DNA of 64,000 nucleotides, taken from positions 61,628,001-61,692,000 of the forward strand of contig OX638156.1 of assembly GCA_951804945.1 (NCBI GenBank), in the 5' to 3' direction. The notes under the pieces were generated by a model. It was not told the DNA's origin and ran no database searches. It saw only the letters and a program-made list of their open reading frames with translations. Positions 1 through 11,142 of this stretch are shown piece by piece. This DNA comes from Podarcis cretensis (taxonomy: Eukaryota). Position numbers and translations under genes: made by a program. How positions within the stretch are numbered: the stretch's first letter is position 1; each line of letters begins with the position of its first letter.

Positions 1-983
1 TGGCTTTTGGAAAGTGTGAACGATGAGGTTTTCAATTTTTGTGTGTGAACGGTTCGTAAGAATAGCTGTGCTTTGGTTTGTGTGTTGGTTTTGGAGAAGT
101 GTGAACGAAGCAGTTGCTCATTAAAATTCAAACACATTTTCCCCTGTCCCTCTCTCCTCCCTATTCGGGTAGCCGAGGGTGGCATTGCTGTAATGATCAT
201 AGGTCAAGGGCAATGGATATGATAGGGAAGCATAGGGAAGAGGCTAGGTTGGAAACTGCCCTAGAGAGTTTCGAAGACATTGCTACCATCGCTCCATACT
301 TCTTTCGGTAAACAAATGATCAAATATTTATAGGCTTCATGTTGTGTGTGCGAAATAGGAGGGCTCTCCCTCCCTCCCTCCACCCTGCTGCATGATATAA
401 TTGCAATTTGCAGATTCCAAAGCTTGAGAATTGGAATAAACATTGACCTGATTGCTTGTAAACAGCCAAAACAATTTTGATGCCAGAGAAAGCTGCAATT
501 TTAAATGCAGACAATGGGGCGGGGGGCGGGGTTGGATTGGTGCTGGAAATCTATACTTGTTATGCACATCACACAGCCCCGGTAACATGCCTCTTCCTTT
601 TAAATTCAGCCTCACTTTACAGGTCTCTAGAAGATTAATAGCTGTTGCATCTGGATTCAGGCTGCCCTAGGTGGCAGGGGCTGGCTCGCCCAGCAACAGA
701 TGGAATGAATCACAGAGGCTAGTCCAATTCACTTCATAAGCCTAGTAATGGAGTGGGCTTTATAAAGATCTCTAGCAGCAGAAAGAACCTGTACTTCCAC
801 AGAGTCAATATCTGTCCCACATCTGCTTCACATGGGTCTCTATGCTCTGTTTACTCATGGCTGATATTTATTTATGTATTGCTGTTAATTTACAGATTTG
901 CACCGCCATTCATTATAATTATTCATCACTTTTTGCATAAAAGTGTCTCAAAGCAACTTGCAATCTCCGGATAGAAATAATAG

Positions 984-1215
984 GAGACAGTGTGGTGCGG
1001 TGCTTAGAGTGTCAGACTAGGAACTGGGAGACACCAAGGTTCAAATGTCCACTCAGCCATGTAGGTCACTGGGAGATCTGGGGCTAGTTGTCACCTCTTA
1101 GGCCAGCGTACCTCATAGGGGATTAAATGGGGGGGGGGGAGAGAAGAACCACATACACCGCCTTGAGCTCATTGGAGAAAAAGGTGGAAAATAGATGCAA
1201 TAAATAAATAAATAT
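984..1215 (+). mobile_element. tRNA-derived SINE, Squam3A/MIR-like, diverged
   Basis: Pol III A/B-box head (GTGTGGTGCGGTGCTTAGAGT...GGTTCAAATGTCC), CORE-like body and (TAAA)n tail; same family recurs across the window. Confidence 0.7.
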
Positions 1216-2714
1216 GAAACATGAAAATGTAAGAACAAGAATAAAGCAAGAGCTTGAAATGCTGATCCATAAATATTTATAAAAAGACGGATCCACCCCA
1301 AATCGCTAAAAGGATGAGCACAAAAAGAGGCCACAGACACCTTTGAGCTCACACTCAAAATTAAGAGCCAAAGGCCAAATCAAATAAAAATGTTTTGTCC
1401 GCTGCCTGAAAATATAGAATGATGGTCCTAAGCATGCCTCCCTCAGGAAAGCATTCCCCAAGTGGCTTAATAATCAGTCCGTCTTCCCAGGGAATTCTAG
1501 GAATCGTAGGCCTGTGAGGGGGTCTCCTAACATCTCTCAGCCCCCTTAGAAAACTGCAGCTCCCTGTATTCTTATGAAGAAGAAGCTGTGAGTGTTTAAA
1601 GTTGCATCATAGTGCTTTAAATAGGGTGTAAAGGTGGCTTAAGTGATGTGTTTACAAATTTGGAGGGGATGCAGTGCTCCCCCTACCATCGAGGGAAATG
1701 ATGTGGTTGCTTCGGGCAGCAGATTTTGGAGGCAGGCAGTGGCAGTAAAGTGTTGGGAGGACAGAGCTGCTGTGCCATGGGGCCCTTAACCCTTAAGCTA
1801 CGGAGCTGCTCTCAAGAGCCATGGAGGCCACTGTCCCACCATGACCAGTGCTGAACTAAATTCCATTGCCAACCTGGTCAAGTGAGAGTCAGGTGGGGCA
1901 CTATCTCAGGCAGCAGAACATCTTAGGCTGGCCTCTCCATCAGGTCTGCATGAGGACTTCTTCGTTCTGGTTGGCCCACGCAAGCCAGCTCCATGGAGCC
2001 ACGTGCTTTGCAGTCACGCTCCTTTATTCCATATTTACGTACAAGAGAACCTTTCTCTAAAAATATCTCCAAACCAGGCTTGTGCTTGTAGACTCTTCCC
2101 TACCTCTGATGCCCTCTTAATGGCCTCTTTGTGTGAACTGAAATCTGGACTGTAATTATTCTATAACTCTTTCCATCTCTTTTCATAGTGAGCTAAATAT
2201 CCTCAGGTCCAAGGCTGCTTGGCTATTAGGATAGAAAGCCTCTCTCTCTCACAACAACCCAAAACACATTTTGCACTGAGCACCGCAAGCAACCCCCAAA
2301 GCAGATTAACATTGATGTCTACATGCGCAGGAGCGCCAATGGTCTAGACAGCTGTTACTTCAGTGCATTGAATCTTAAGAGATGGGCCTCAATAAGGACT
2401 CCATCAAGTTGAAGAATTATTTTCCCCAGCCAAGGTTTTGCTTTTGCTTAATGGCATGCACCATACTGATGGAAGATAAGTGCTGTGTTCTAATAGGAAG
2501 GAACACAACAGGGAAGGGATTTCCTGAAAATGCTGGCATAGAACTTATCCACACAGAATTCTGCCCCGCCCTCAAATTCCTATCTTGTGCCTTGACCTCG
2601 ATCAGAAGTGAGCTTTTTAAAAAAACGCTTCACCGAAAAATAAGAACAACTATTGAATATTATTTGTGTCATTATACACATGATCTGGTATGCCTGTTGT
2701 GAGCATATATTCTT

Positions 2715-2935
2715 ACTTTATTTATTTATCACATTTATATCCCACCTTTCCACCATGGAGCTCAGAATGGCATACGTAACTCTCCTTCATCCTCCTTTGT
2801 CTTCACAACAACCCTGTGAGGTAGGTTAGGCTGAGAGAATTTGACTGATTCATTGGTGACCCAATGAATTCCATGGCTGAGTGGGGATGTGAACTCTGGC
2901 CTCCCAGAGGTCCTCTAACCACTGCGCACCACTGC
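2715..2935 (-). mobile_element. Squam3A-like SINE
   Basis: Reverse complement of the same family: (TTTA)n tail, CACAACAACCCTGTGAGGTAGGTTAGGCTGAGAG core. Confidence 0.75.
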
Positions 2936-3141
2936 CATATACCTATAGCATGCACACTATGTTTCCTAAAGCAACCAGCATATCAACAGATACACACAAC
3001 AATGCACATAGCTATATAAAAATATTTGCATATTATTGCTTTCAAAATGGCAAAGGACTTGATTCTTTTATATGCATTGTTTTATACTGCTTCTGAAACC
3101 CACAGTGAACCCGCAATGTCTGATCCTGGCAATGTGGAGTT

Positions 3142-3451
3142 GGGCCACCTTCATACCATGCATTTAAATCACTCTGATACCACTTTAAACATGGATTCTC
3201 CCAAAGAATTCTGGGAGCTGTAGTTGCTGGGAGTTGTTAGGAGGCCACATATCCCTCAGCAACAATTGTCAGAGTGGTTTAACAGCCAGTTCTTCTTCCC
3301 AGGGAAACTGTTGCTCTGCGATGGGAAAAGGAGTCTCCTAACAACTTTCAACACCCTTAACAAACTACAGCTCCTAGGATTCTTTCAGAGGAAGCCATGG
3401 CTATTTAAAGCGGTATTGTACCGCTTTAGATGTCTAGTATGAATGTGGCCC
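3142..3451. mobile_element. MITE with ~15-bp terminal inverted repeats (TIRs), PIF/Harbinger-like
   Basis: GGGCCACCTTCATAC ... GTATGAATGTGGCCC termini and extended internal inverted symmetry; a related fragment lies at ~1460-1640. Confidence 0.6.
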
Positions 3452-4197
3452 CAGTCATGCCCTTGTGGAGTCAGAAGTGTATTTTTGTTGCTGCCAAGGT
3501 CATTGCCCTTATTTGTGCTTCGTCTGAGAGGGAAAGGAAGACCTGGACACTGAGAATTTTTGCTGTAGTCTTTGCCTCCTGCTTCTGGGGTGGGATGTAA
3601 CCAAAAACAAAAGTGGGGGATCAAATATTGATGTCCTGTGCCTTTTCTCCCACTTTGCACCAAGGTAGCTCTGTGTGGTATAGCCTCTTTTCTCTTCACA
3701 ACAACCCTGTGAAGTAGGTTTTAGGCATAGGAAGAGGGGAGGGGAGAGAGGGGGGTGTCTCAAATCCCTGCTTGACCATGAATCTTTTGTCTCTCCAGTC
3801 CTCGTCCAGCATGCTGACTGCTACAGGACACTGCTTCTCATGAACACACACTTGCAAATGATAACAGCATGAGCTCGTACTATTAAAGAGCAGCAATTTA
3901 GGTCCCAGGAGTGGGCAATTGCTCCTTCTCTTGACATGGGCATTTTCAAAATCTGCCTAGTAGATTCTCAGTTGCGATCGGAGATAATCCAGCTACAGGC
4001 CATAAACCATGGCCAGCACTTCTGCGCAATTATTTCCCATCTATAGTGCCGTGACGGCGGAGAAAAAAGGCTATAGAGACACTCTGAATGGACTTTTAAT
4101 TGCAAGAATCCTTTACAGCTATTTCTCTTCTCTGATATACATCTGACATTTAAACAGTGACTTATTTCTCGCGGGTGACCATGCAGAAAGGTCATTG

Positions 4198-4265
4198 TCA
4201 ATATCCGTAGGAGACCGTGGTATTGGTCGGTATGCTAATATTAGTGCGGTGAGAAACAGACTCTG
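4198..4265 (-). other. Candidate terminal exon of an unidentified minus-strand transcript
   Basis: NAGNAG acceptor (cccatctttcag|CAG|AG); the phase-1 frame reads ESVSHRTNISIPTNTTVSYGY*; surrounding 3960-4390 is CpG-retaining and non-repetitive. Confidence 0.3.
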
Positions 4266-4868
4266 CTGAAAGATGGGCAGGCTTAGCACCAGCACCCGAC
4301 ATGACTGGGCAATTGCTGGGACACCTAGGCTCCAGGAGGGGCCCACTGGAGCAAATTCCTTTGGGGCTCTCATCATTTAAAAACGTTTACCGGCTGCCTT
4401 TATGACTCAAGTTCACTCGGTGTGGCTTGCAGAGCAATACATGCAGTACAGACGTAAGAATAATGCAACAACACATCATAAAAACAGACAATATGCCACA
4501 GCATTAATAAAAGCCAGCAATCATAAAATATATATCCAGCCCCAAAGAGTGTTTTCAGGTCCGTCAGCCACAAAGGGGCTTATGCTAAGAGCATACAATA
4601 TTAAAAATGGGTAAGTTACTGAAAAAGTGGATCTTCAGAAGAACTAGAGCTGTGGGGGAGGGGGAGGAGCCTGTGGTTTTCCATATGTTGCCTGGCTGTT
4701 TGTTTGACCCAAAACAGTGTTGACCACCAAGAGAATTTTGCCAACATACCAAAAGAAGATGCAGAATTTCAGAGAGAAAAAGGTTGTGTGTATTAAACAG
4801 AACATATGTGAATACTGAATATTTATTCAATGTGTCAATATAGAGAATCTGCAAACCGAAATAAAATT

Positions 4869-4991
4869 GTTGTTGTTGTTTAGTCGTTTCTGACTCTTCG
4901 TGACCCCATGGACCAGAGCACGCCAGGCACTCCTGTCTTCCACTGCCTCCCGCAGTTTGGTCAGACTCATGCTGGCAGTTTCGAGAACACT
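4869..4991 (-). mobile_element. Bov-B/RTE LINE 3' end, heavily 5'-truncated
   Basis: (CAA)n tail; encodes ..KLREAVEDRSAWRALVHGVTKS; TSD AAATAAAATT at 4859-4868 and 4992-5001. Confidence 0.9.
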
Positions 4992-5131
4992 AAATAAAAT
5001 TAGCCAGATCAAAATATAGGCTGGGCAGGAAAATTCCCTCAGACAGGAAGGACTAGGTCACTCTCCTTTCCTGAGCATGTTTAGAGGCAACACCTGTAGC
5101 CTTGGAGCAAAGGATTGGGAGGAATACATCC

Positions 5132-5841
5132 CAGATCCTCCAGGTGTCCCTATTTTCCAGGAACAGTCCTGGATTTACAAAAGCCATCCCAGTTTCTGGG
5201 ATCCCAGAATGTACCACTTTTCCTTAGGATGTCCTTATTTTCATCATGTTGGAGGGTATGAAGTTATCCGACCCCTGAGCTATCTGAAGGCAGCTTTGTA
5301 TTGGGAAAGTTTTTTATGTTTGATATTTTACTATGTTTTTATATTTGTTGGAAGCTGCCCAGAGTGGCTGGGGCAAACCAATCAGATGGGTGGGGAGTAA
5401 ATAGTAAAGTTATTATTATTAGGGACTTCTTGTTGTTGTTTAGTCGTTTAGTCGTGTCCGACTCTTCGTGACCCCATGGACCAGAGCACGCCAGGCACTC
5501 CTGTCTTCCACTGCCTCCCGCAGTTTGGTCAGACTCATGCAGGTAGCTTCGATAACTCTGTCCAACCATCTCGTCCTCTGTCGTCCCCTTCTCCTTGTGC
5601 CCTCAATCTTTTCCAACATCAGGGTCTTTTCCAGGGAGCCTTCTCTTCTCATGAGGTGGCCAAAGTCTTGGAGCCTTAGCTTCAGGATCTGTCCTTCCAG
5701 TGAGCTCTCAGGACTGATTTCCTTAAGAATGTATAGGTTTGATCTTCTTGCAGTCCATGGGACTCTCAAGAGTCTCCTCCAGCACCATAATTCATGGACT
5801 AGGACATCCCTATTTTCATTGGAGAAATGTTGGAGGGTATG
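5132..5841. mobile_element. Composite non-autonomous DNA element (hAT-like) containing an L2 3' tail and a Bov-B insertion
   Basis: Terminal motif ..TATTTTCAT..TGTTGGAGGGTATG occurs twice (ending 5260 and 5841); ~5283-5420 matches the L2 3' end at ~26990-27115. Confidence 0.55.
5428..5794 (-). mobile_element. Bov-B/RTE LINE 3' fragment (~365 bp)
   Basis: ORF 5440-5769 (RVPWTARRSN...LEKTLML.KIEG.RRRGRQRTRWLD) is the RTE ORF C-terminus; (CAA)n tail. Confidence 0.92.
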
Positions 5842-7055
5842 ATATCCTTTGTGTTTCGGAAGTCACCTTGGGCATGTGACTTGACACTTTAACAGTGTGC
5901 CCTGGCTGCACAGGTTTCACCCCAATGTGCACACTATGACTAAAAGGGACACACAAGGCAACGTGAGGTGCCCCTAGGGTGCCCTCAACCCAATGCTGCC
6001 TCAGTTATTTACCCCACACCATCTCTTAACTGGTCTTTCCTGTCTGGACTAACAGCCCAGTAAACTAATAAAACTCAGCACCACTCCAAATGCCATAAAG
6101 CTCCCATAAGTATGACATAGACAAAAAAGAGGAGTCCTGAGGCCAATTAGGGGCTCTCCCCCAAATTCCCACTTGGGTCCCAAAATGGGTAACAACAAAA
6201 GCTCATACCGCATAAGGAGTGAGGGCACTCTGAAGAGAAGACTGGAATATTTGAGGATAAGCAAAACTTTTTTAAAAACAACAACAACAACAAACACTGT
6301 CCCTCTCACCACCTCAATTGACCCACACCTTCACATTGGTCACCACATGACCCTCCCCAGGGTGATATTATATGAATTTCCTTTCCCAGGGGAATCAGGC
6401 TGTGGTAAGTTCACTCCTGCCCAAGTGAGGGATGAGTTTTTTTTATTAAAAAAAAATCTAAATTATCTGGGGAATGGTACAATTTTATTCCTCTGCAGTT
6501 CTGAAAAATGATAGGTTTTGACTGGGTTGTCTTGATTTTTGTGATTTGTAATGTAGTAGCTATTAACTACAAACAAAATCTGACTGACTTTACAAAATAA
6601 ATAAGCTGGAAACTGATACAGAACTATGTCACACTGAATTTCTGCCTTCAAAGAAAAGAGGATATGAGAAAACCCAAAAATGACAGAGTCAACCATCACA
6701 TTGAGGACAATGAGGAAATGTCACTCAAGGGAAGAAAAAAAAAAGCATTCAACGAACGTAAAGGGCACCAAACTACCTTGCAACAATGCAGAGAGCAGGC
6801 AAGGTGATCATCTTTTGTTAGCAATTTCTTCAGCGGTACAGAGGCCACACTCTTATTCCCTGTTATCTGGTATATATGAACCCAGTGAAGCTTTCTTCTG
6901 AATAGACACATCTGCAATCTATATCTATATTTTGCAATGGGTTCTGTCTGTGTGCCTGTCTGTTACTGAAGCCGTTTGCAGGTGCCGTAAGAATTACTGA
7001 CAAGTACACTGGTGCCTTTGGGCACTCTGTTGGTAACCCAGGGTTTAGGCTCTAA

Positions 7056-7391
7056 GGGATGCAGGTGGCGTTGTGGGTTAAACCACAGAGCCTAGGACTT
7101 GCCGATCAGAAGGTCGGCGGTTCGAATCCCTGTGACGGGGTGAGCTCCCGTTGCTCGGTCCCGGCTCCTGCCAACCTAGCAGTTCGAAAGCAGAAAGTGC
7201 AAGTAGATAAATAGGTACCGCTCCAGCGGGAAGGTAAACGGCGTTTCCGTGTGCTGCTCTGGTTCGCCAGAAGCGGCTTAGTCATGCTGGCCACATGACC
7301 CGGAAGCTGCCAATAAAACAAGATGAGCGCCGCAACCCCAGAGTCAGCCACGACTGGACCTAATGGTCAGGGGTCCCTTTACCTTTACCTT
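7056..7391 (+). mobile_element. Sauria SINE, near full length
   Basis: GGTGGCG.TGTGGGTTAAACC head, GGTTCGAATCCC B box, (ACCTTT)n tail; flanked by a 49-bp direct repeat. Confidence 0.92.
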
Positions 7392-7530
7392 TACACTGGT
7401 GACTTTGGGCACTCTGTTGGTAACCCAGGGTTTAGGCTCTTTGTCTCGGGGTTGCAGAGACTGTGTTTCTTGATGAGTTGGATTTTGCCAAGCCTCTCTG
7501 CACTGAAGGTCAAACTCAACAGGAGGACTG

Positions 7531-7770
7531 GCATAAGAACATAAGAGGAACCTGCTGGATGATGCCAATGGCCCATCTAGTTCTGTGTCCTGTTCTCACA
7601 GTGGCCAACCGGATGCCTGTAGCAAACTTGCATGTGGGATCTGAGCACAACAGGACCCTTCCCTCCATTGGCTTCTATCAACTGGTATTCAGAAGCACTG
7701 CTGGAGGCAGAGCAGAACCATCATGGCAGGTAGCCATTGAAAGCCTTCTCCTTCATGAATTTGACCAATC
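7531..7770 (-). mobile_element. CR1 LINE 3' UTR fragment
   Basis: CATAAGAACATAAGA tail and GGCCCATCTAGT..CCTGTTCTCACAGTGGCCAAC motif, shared with the 53746-54111 copy that retains CR1 ORF2 coding sequence. Confidence 0.7.
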
Positions 7771-7837
7771 CACCAGTCAAGTTGGTATTGGGTGAGGAAT
7801 AGGATGGATGCCTTGCCATCTAGCCCGTATTTGTGTG

Positions 7838-7844
<7 letters not shown>

Positions 7845-7880
<36 letters not shown>
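7845..7880. repeat. (AG)n microsatellite
   Basis: Directly visible. Confidence 0.95.
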
Positions 7881-7884
<4 letters not shown>

Positions 7885-8548
7885 CCCAACGCAGTCATTT
7901 ATTAAATGCTGTTCACGTCAAGGCCAGCCCAGAATGAACACGACTCAAGAGCCATTGGCATCCAAAGACAGAGAGAAAGAGAGAGAGAAAAGAGGAGCAG
8001 AGAGAAAGAAATATTGATTGAAATAAAGTGCACTGTGAGTTCCAGCATCCGTGTTCAATACTTATTATATGGCTCCATAGTCTGCAGCAAAGCCTGGGAG
8101 GCTTGGCGAATTCGGCAAAGCAGTTACAGAAATGTCAAATCACGATCTTTCCTTGATGAACACTTGTCTGTCTGATTCCCCCATTTAGAGTTTGACTAAA
8201 GGGAAATAATAGCTGCAAATGGAAATGATATTGAAATCTCGCTTCCCTAGTCAATGCCTCATGTGTACACTTGAAGGCCTGGGAGTGGATTTTCTCGATG
8301 CGTTTCCAAATGACGTTGACAGTTAATCTTTATAATTATTATAATGATGATTCCAACACACATACACCCCGCATAGCAGCAGCAGCAGCAGCAGCAGCAC
8401 ATGGATGCTTTGCTGAATAGCGTAAGCAAAAAGCAAAACAAAACTGCAGAACAAAAAAGGAACAGGTCTCTGCTCCAAGGAACTTACAATCAAAGGTTCA
8501 ACACCAGGGGAAGCAAGAAGGGACAAGAAGGGAACAGAAGTGTAACAG

Positions 8549-8722
8549 GGAAGGGACAGTAGCTCAGTTGTAGAGCACATGCTGTGTTGGCAGGAGGTCC
8601 TAAGGTTGATTCCTGTTAAAAGGATCCAGTTGCCTGTGTTGCCAAAGATCCACCTTGGCTTAAGGCCCAGAAAACTGATGCCTGCCAAAGCGCACAAGAC
8701 TGGGCTATATGCAGGCAAGCGA
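8549..8722 (+). mobile_element. tRNA(Ala)-like-headed SINE, diverged
   Basis: GTAGCTCAGTTGTAGAGCAC A box and GGTTGATTCC B box; family also at 17357, 48203, 48389 and 60280 (minus). Confidence 0.6.
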
Positions 8723-9721
8723 ACTATATTTATTTAGAAGGTTTATATCCCACCCTTCCAGTGTCTTTGCATTGTTCAGTCACCCAGTGAGCTTCATGGC
8801 TGAGTGAGAATTTGAACCTAGAGCAGTGGCGGGGTGTGTGAGAGAGTCTTTAGTTTATTTCTAAGTGTGTGTGTGTGTGTGTAGTAATTTGACCTGCATC
8901 ATTAATATTGCTATGGTGATCATCTGTGGTAGGTCTGGTGGCCACTAGGACTGGTGGGTTGAAGTCAGGGAGACCAGAACCAGAACCAATGGCAGCCACA
9001 GCCACCTCTGATTGGTTGCAACTCCGTATGCTGGCTGAGGATGAACTGAGGTGCCCCATTTGCCTACATGGATCAACTTTTACTGGTTGCAATGAAGGGC
9101 AGCCATGCTTGAACTGTGAGGAGGATGTTGTAATTGACCATGAGTCTATGCAAGCGCACAAACTCTATGGAAGGCTTTTTTTTTTTTTTGCTTCCGGGGC
9201 CCTGGTGAAATCCAAAATCGCTCCCTCGTAACCGCCTCTGAATAAAAAAGCACTTTGCCTGGTTTTGTTTTCCCTCCCTTTGCAGACATTCTCTCTGAAA
9301 CAAAAGGCTTCTTAAAGGCAAAATGGCAAAATATTCAAATGAGTTCTAAATTTGTCTTTGTTAATATGTATGACATACCGGGTAGGTGATGAATTTCAAG
9401 TTGTTATTCCTAGGAAAACGTTCAAATAATTAATATCCCCACTGGTGTACATAAATACATATTCATAACTATCAAGTCCTGTTGGACTGATTTTGTTGTT
9501 GTTGTCCTCGCTATTGAATACTTATTATTATTTTATTCTTATTTTTTTTACAGCTTGCTTCTCGGTGTCTTCTTTTCACAGCCTCCGGTTTCTGAAGCGC
9601 CGGTCGGAAGACCGCTAGGTCATTCCCAAGGTCAAATGGTAAACGCACCCGGGCTAAAAATATTTCCTAAATGGCATCTAAATGCAAATAGGTTCTGGAA
9701 CAAAAATATCATCCTAGTCAC

Positions 9722-9764
9722 CTTTGGCTGGGTTATAGCAAGATATATCACATGGGGTTACCAT
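9722..9764 (-). other. Candidate 43-nt exon
   Basis: Strong acceptor ggttctgttctcttcccgcag|ATGGTAACC and possible donor AAG|gtgact; CpG-rich unique context. Confidence 0.35.
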
Positions 9765-11000
9765 CTGCGGGAAGAGAACAGAACCGGTGACGTGGAGGCC
9801 GAGGGCAAGCCTGAAACCCGAGCCCTGTGACTCAGACAATGGCACACAAATCCTCTCCGTTTCAAAGGAATTCAGGGACTGGAAATAATTTCAGTGCTTT
9901 TGACTTTGAGAATAAGTGTCTGCGTTCCCGGAAAAAAATCAACTCAGACCGGCGTGAAGACAAAACACGTCTTCTAATTCCCGGGTTAAGTTGCCACCTG
10001 CTTATCACTTGTATGGGGTTTTAGGCATGCTTCTGCAACTGGTCACAGGTTGCTGTGGGCTCTTGAGCAAGGACAAGACCAAGGGAACCATTTTTTTCCA
10101 GCACAAGGGATACATTTTCTTCTGGGCAGCTTCCCGGAGGTCTGTATGTCAGTGGTGGGTGTCTCACAAGGCATCCTTGCTGAAGATGTGCTGCTTTGGC
10201 AGAGTTCTTTCCTTGTAACCTCGTCATCTTCTATCAGGCCAGTGTGAGGCTCTGGGTGTTCTGTAGCAACACAACCCATAGCATTGCACTGGAAGTGATG
10301 TCGGTATGTTTCATTATGAGACTTTTCTTTTTAATTCCAGATTCACTGAAGGATTGGGGGTGGGTGGGCATGCACACAACCTGATTATTTTAAGTTAAGT
10401 AGCTGGATCATTTGTCTCCCTTGCATTGCTTTAAAATCTGTGACTTCATCTATGCCTAAAGAGATATTGCTGAGACTTTTTTTCTGTTGCTGAGACTTTT
10501 TTCTTTTTTCTTGGGAGACCGAAAACCATTTCGTCAGGTAAAACAGTACAAACACACACGGATTGTTTTGATAGTATTGCAGATAATATGAGAGGAGGGG
10601 GAAAAAATTAAGAAGAGATGAAGCCATAACATTTAAAAGACTGGATGAAGTCAGAGTGATTGCCTACAGAAATACTCTTCAGATGTGCATCTCTCAATTT
10701 ATTAAAACTTGAGGAAAGTTCTTCTTCTTTTTTTCCACCTAAACAGCCTGACAAAACAGTTTGAAATGGGAAGAAAATAAAAACTTGAGTTATCTTCAGA
10801 CAGGTGGGAAACTTCATTATGCACAGACTCTTACATTTGCATACATTTGTATACGGCATGCCTACCACTGAGCTCCTTATAACGTTTGCCATTACCTTAA
10901 GGAAGGAAGCAAAAGGGAGATGAATGGGGGAGGCGGGGGGGTGGGGAGGCGATTAGTTTTACATGCTGCAACATATTTTGCCTGTCGCGCCAATACTTAC

Positions 11001-11142
11001 ATTCCCGTCTCTTCCTGACACTTTGTCTTATTAACAGATCCATTTCTCTTGTTAATTCCCCCTTGGATTGGCAGATGATCGGCAGATGGATATGTTCTGC
11101 AGAAAGGTTGCCTTTGTCCCACTTTGGTATTCTCTGCAATAT
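11001..11142 (-). other. Candidate 142-nt internal exon
   Basis: Acceptor ttcttaacatgcag|ATATTG and consensus donor AAT|gtaagtat; open in two frames (ILQRIPKWDKG...RQSVRKRRE and IAENTKVGQRQPF...CQEETG). Confidence 0.45.

Noticed and set aside
114-311. Possible exon near the window start, on either strand
   Set aside because: Weak splice signals and no recognisable peptide; could be conserved UTR but cannot be supported.
5468-5842. Recurrent ORFs MTPWTRARQALL.. / MDQSTPG.. (also at 24252 and 51704)
   Set aside because: These are antisense frames of Bov-B fragments, not a gene family.
7106-7351. Repeated peptide GHVASMTKPLLANQSS (also at 22189 and 63161)
   Set aside because: Antisense translation of the Sauria SINE.
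8926-9231. EDELRCPICL, resembling a RING-finger start
   Set aside because: The remaining RING Cys/His spacing is absent and the region looks like an old dispersed repeat (similar to ~42300 and ~48100).
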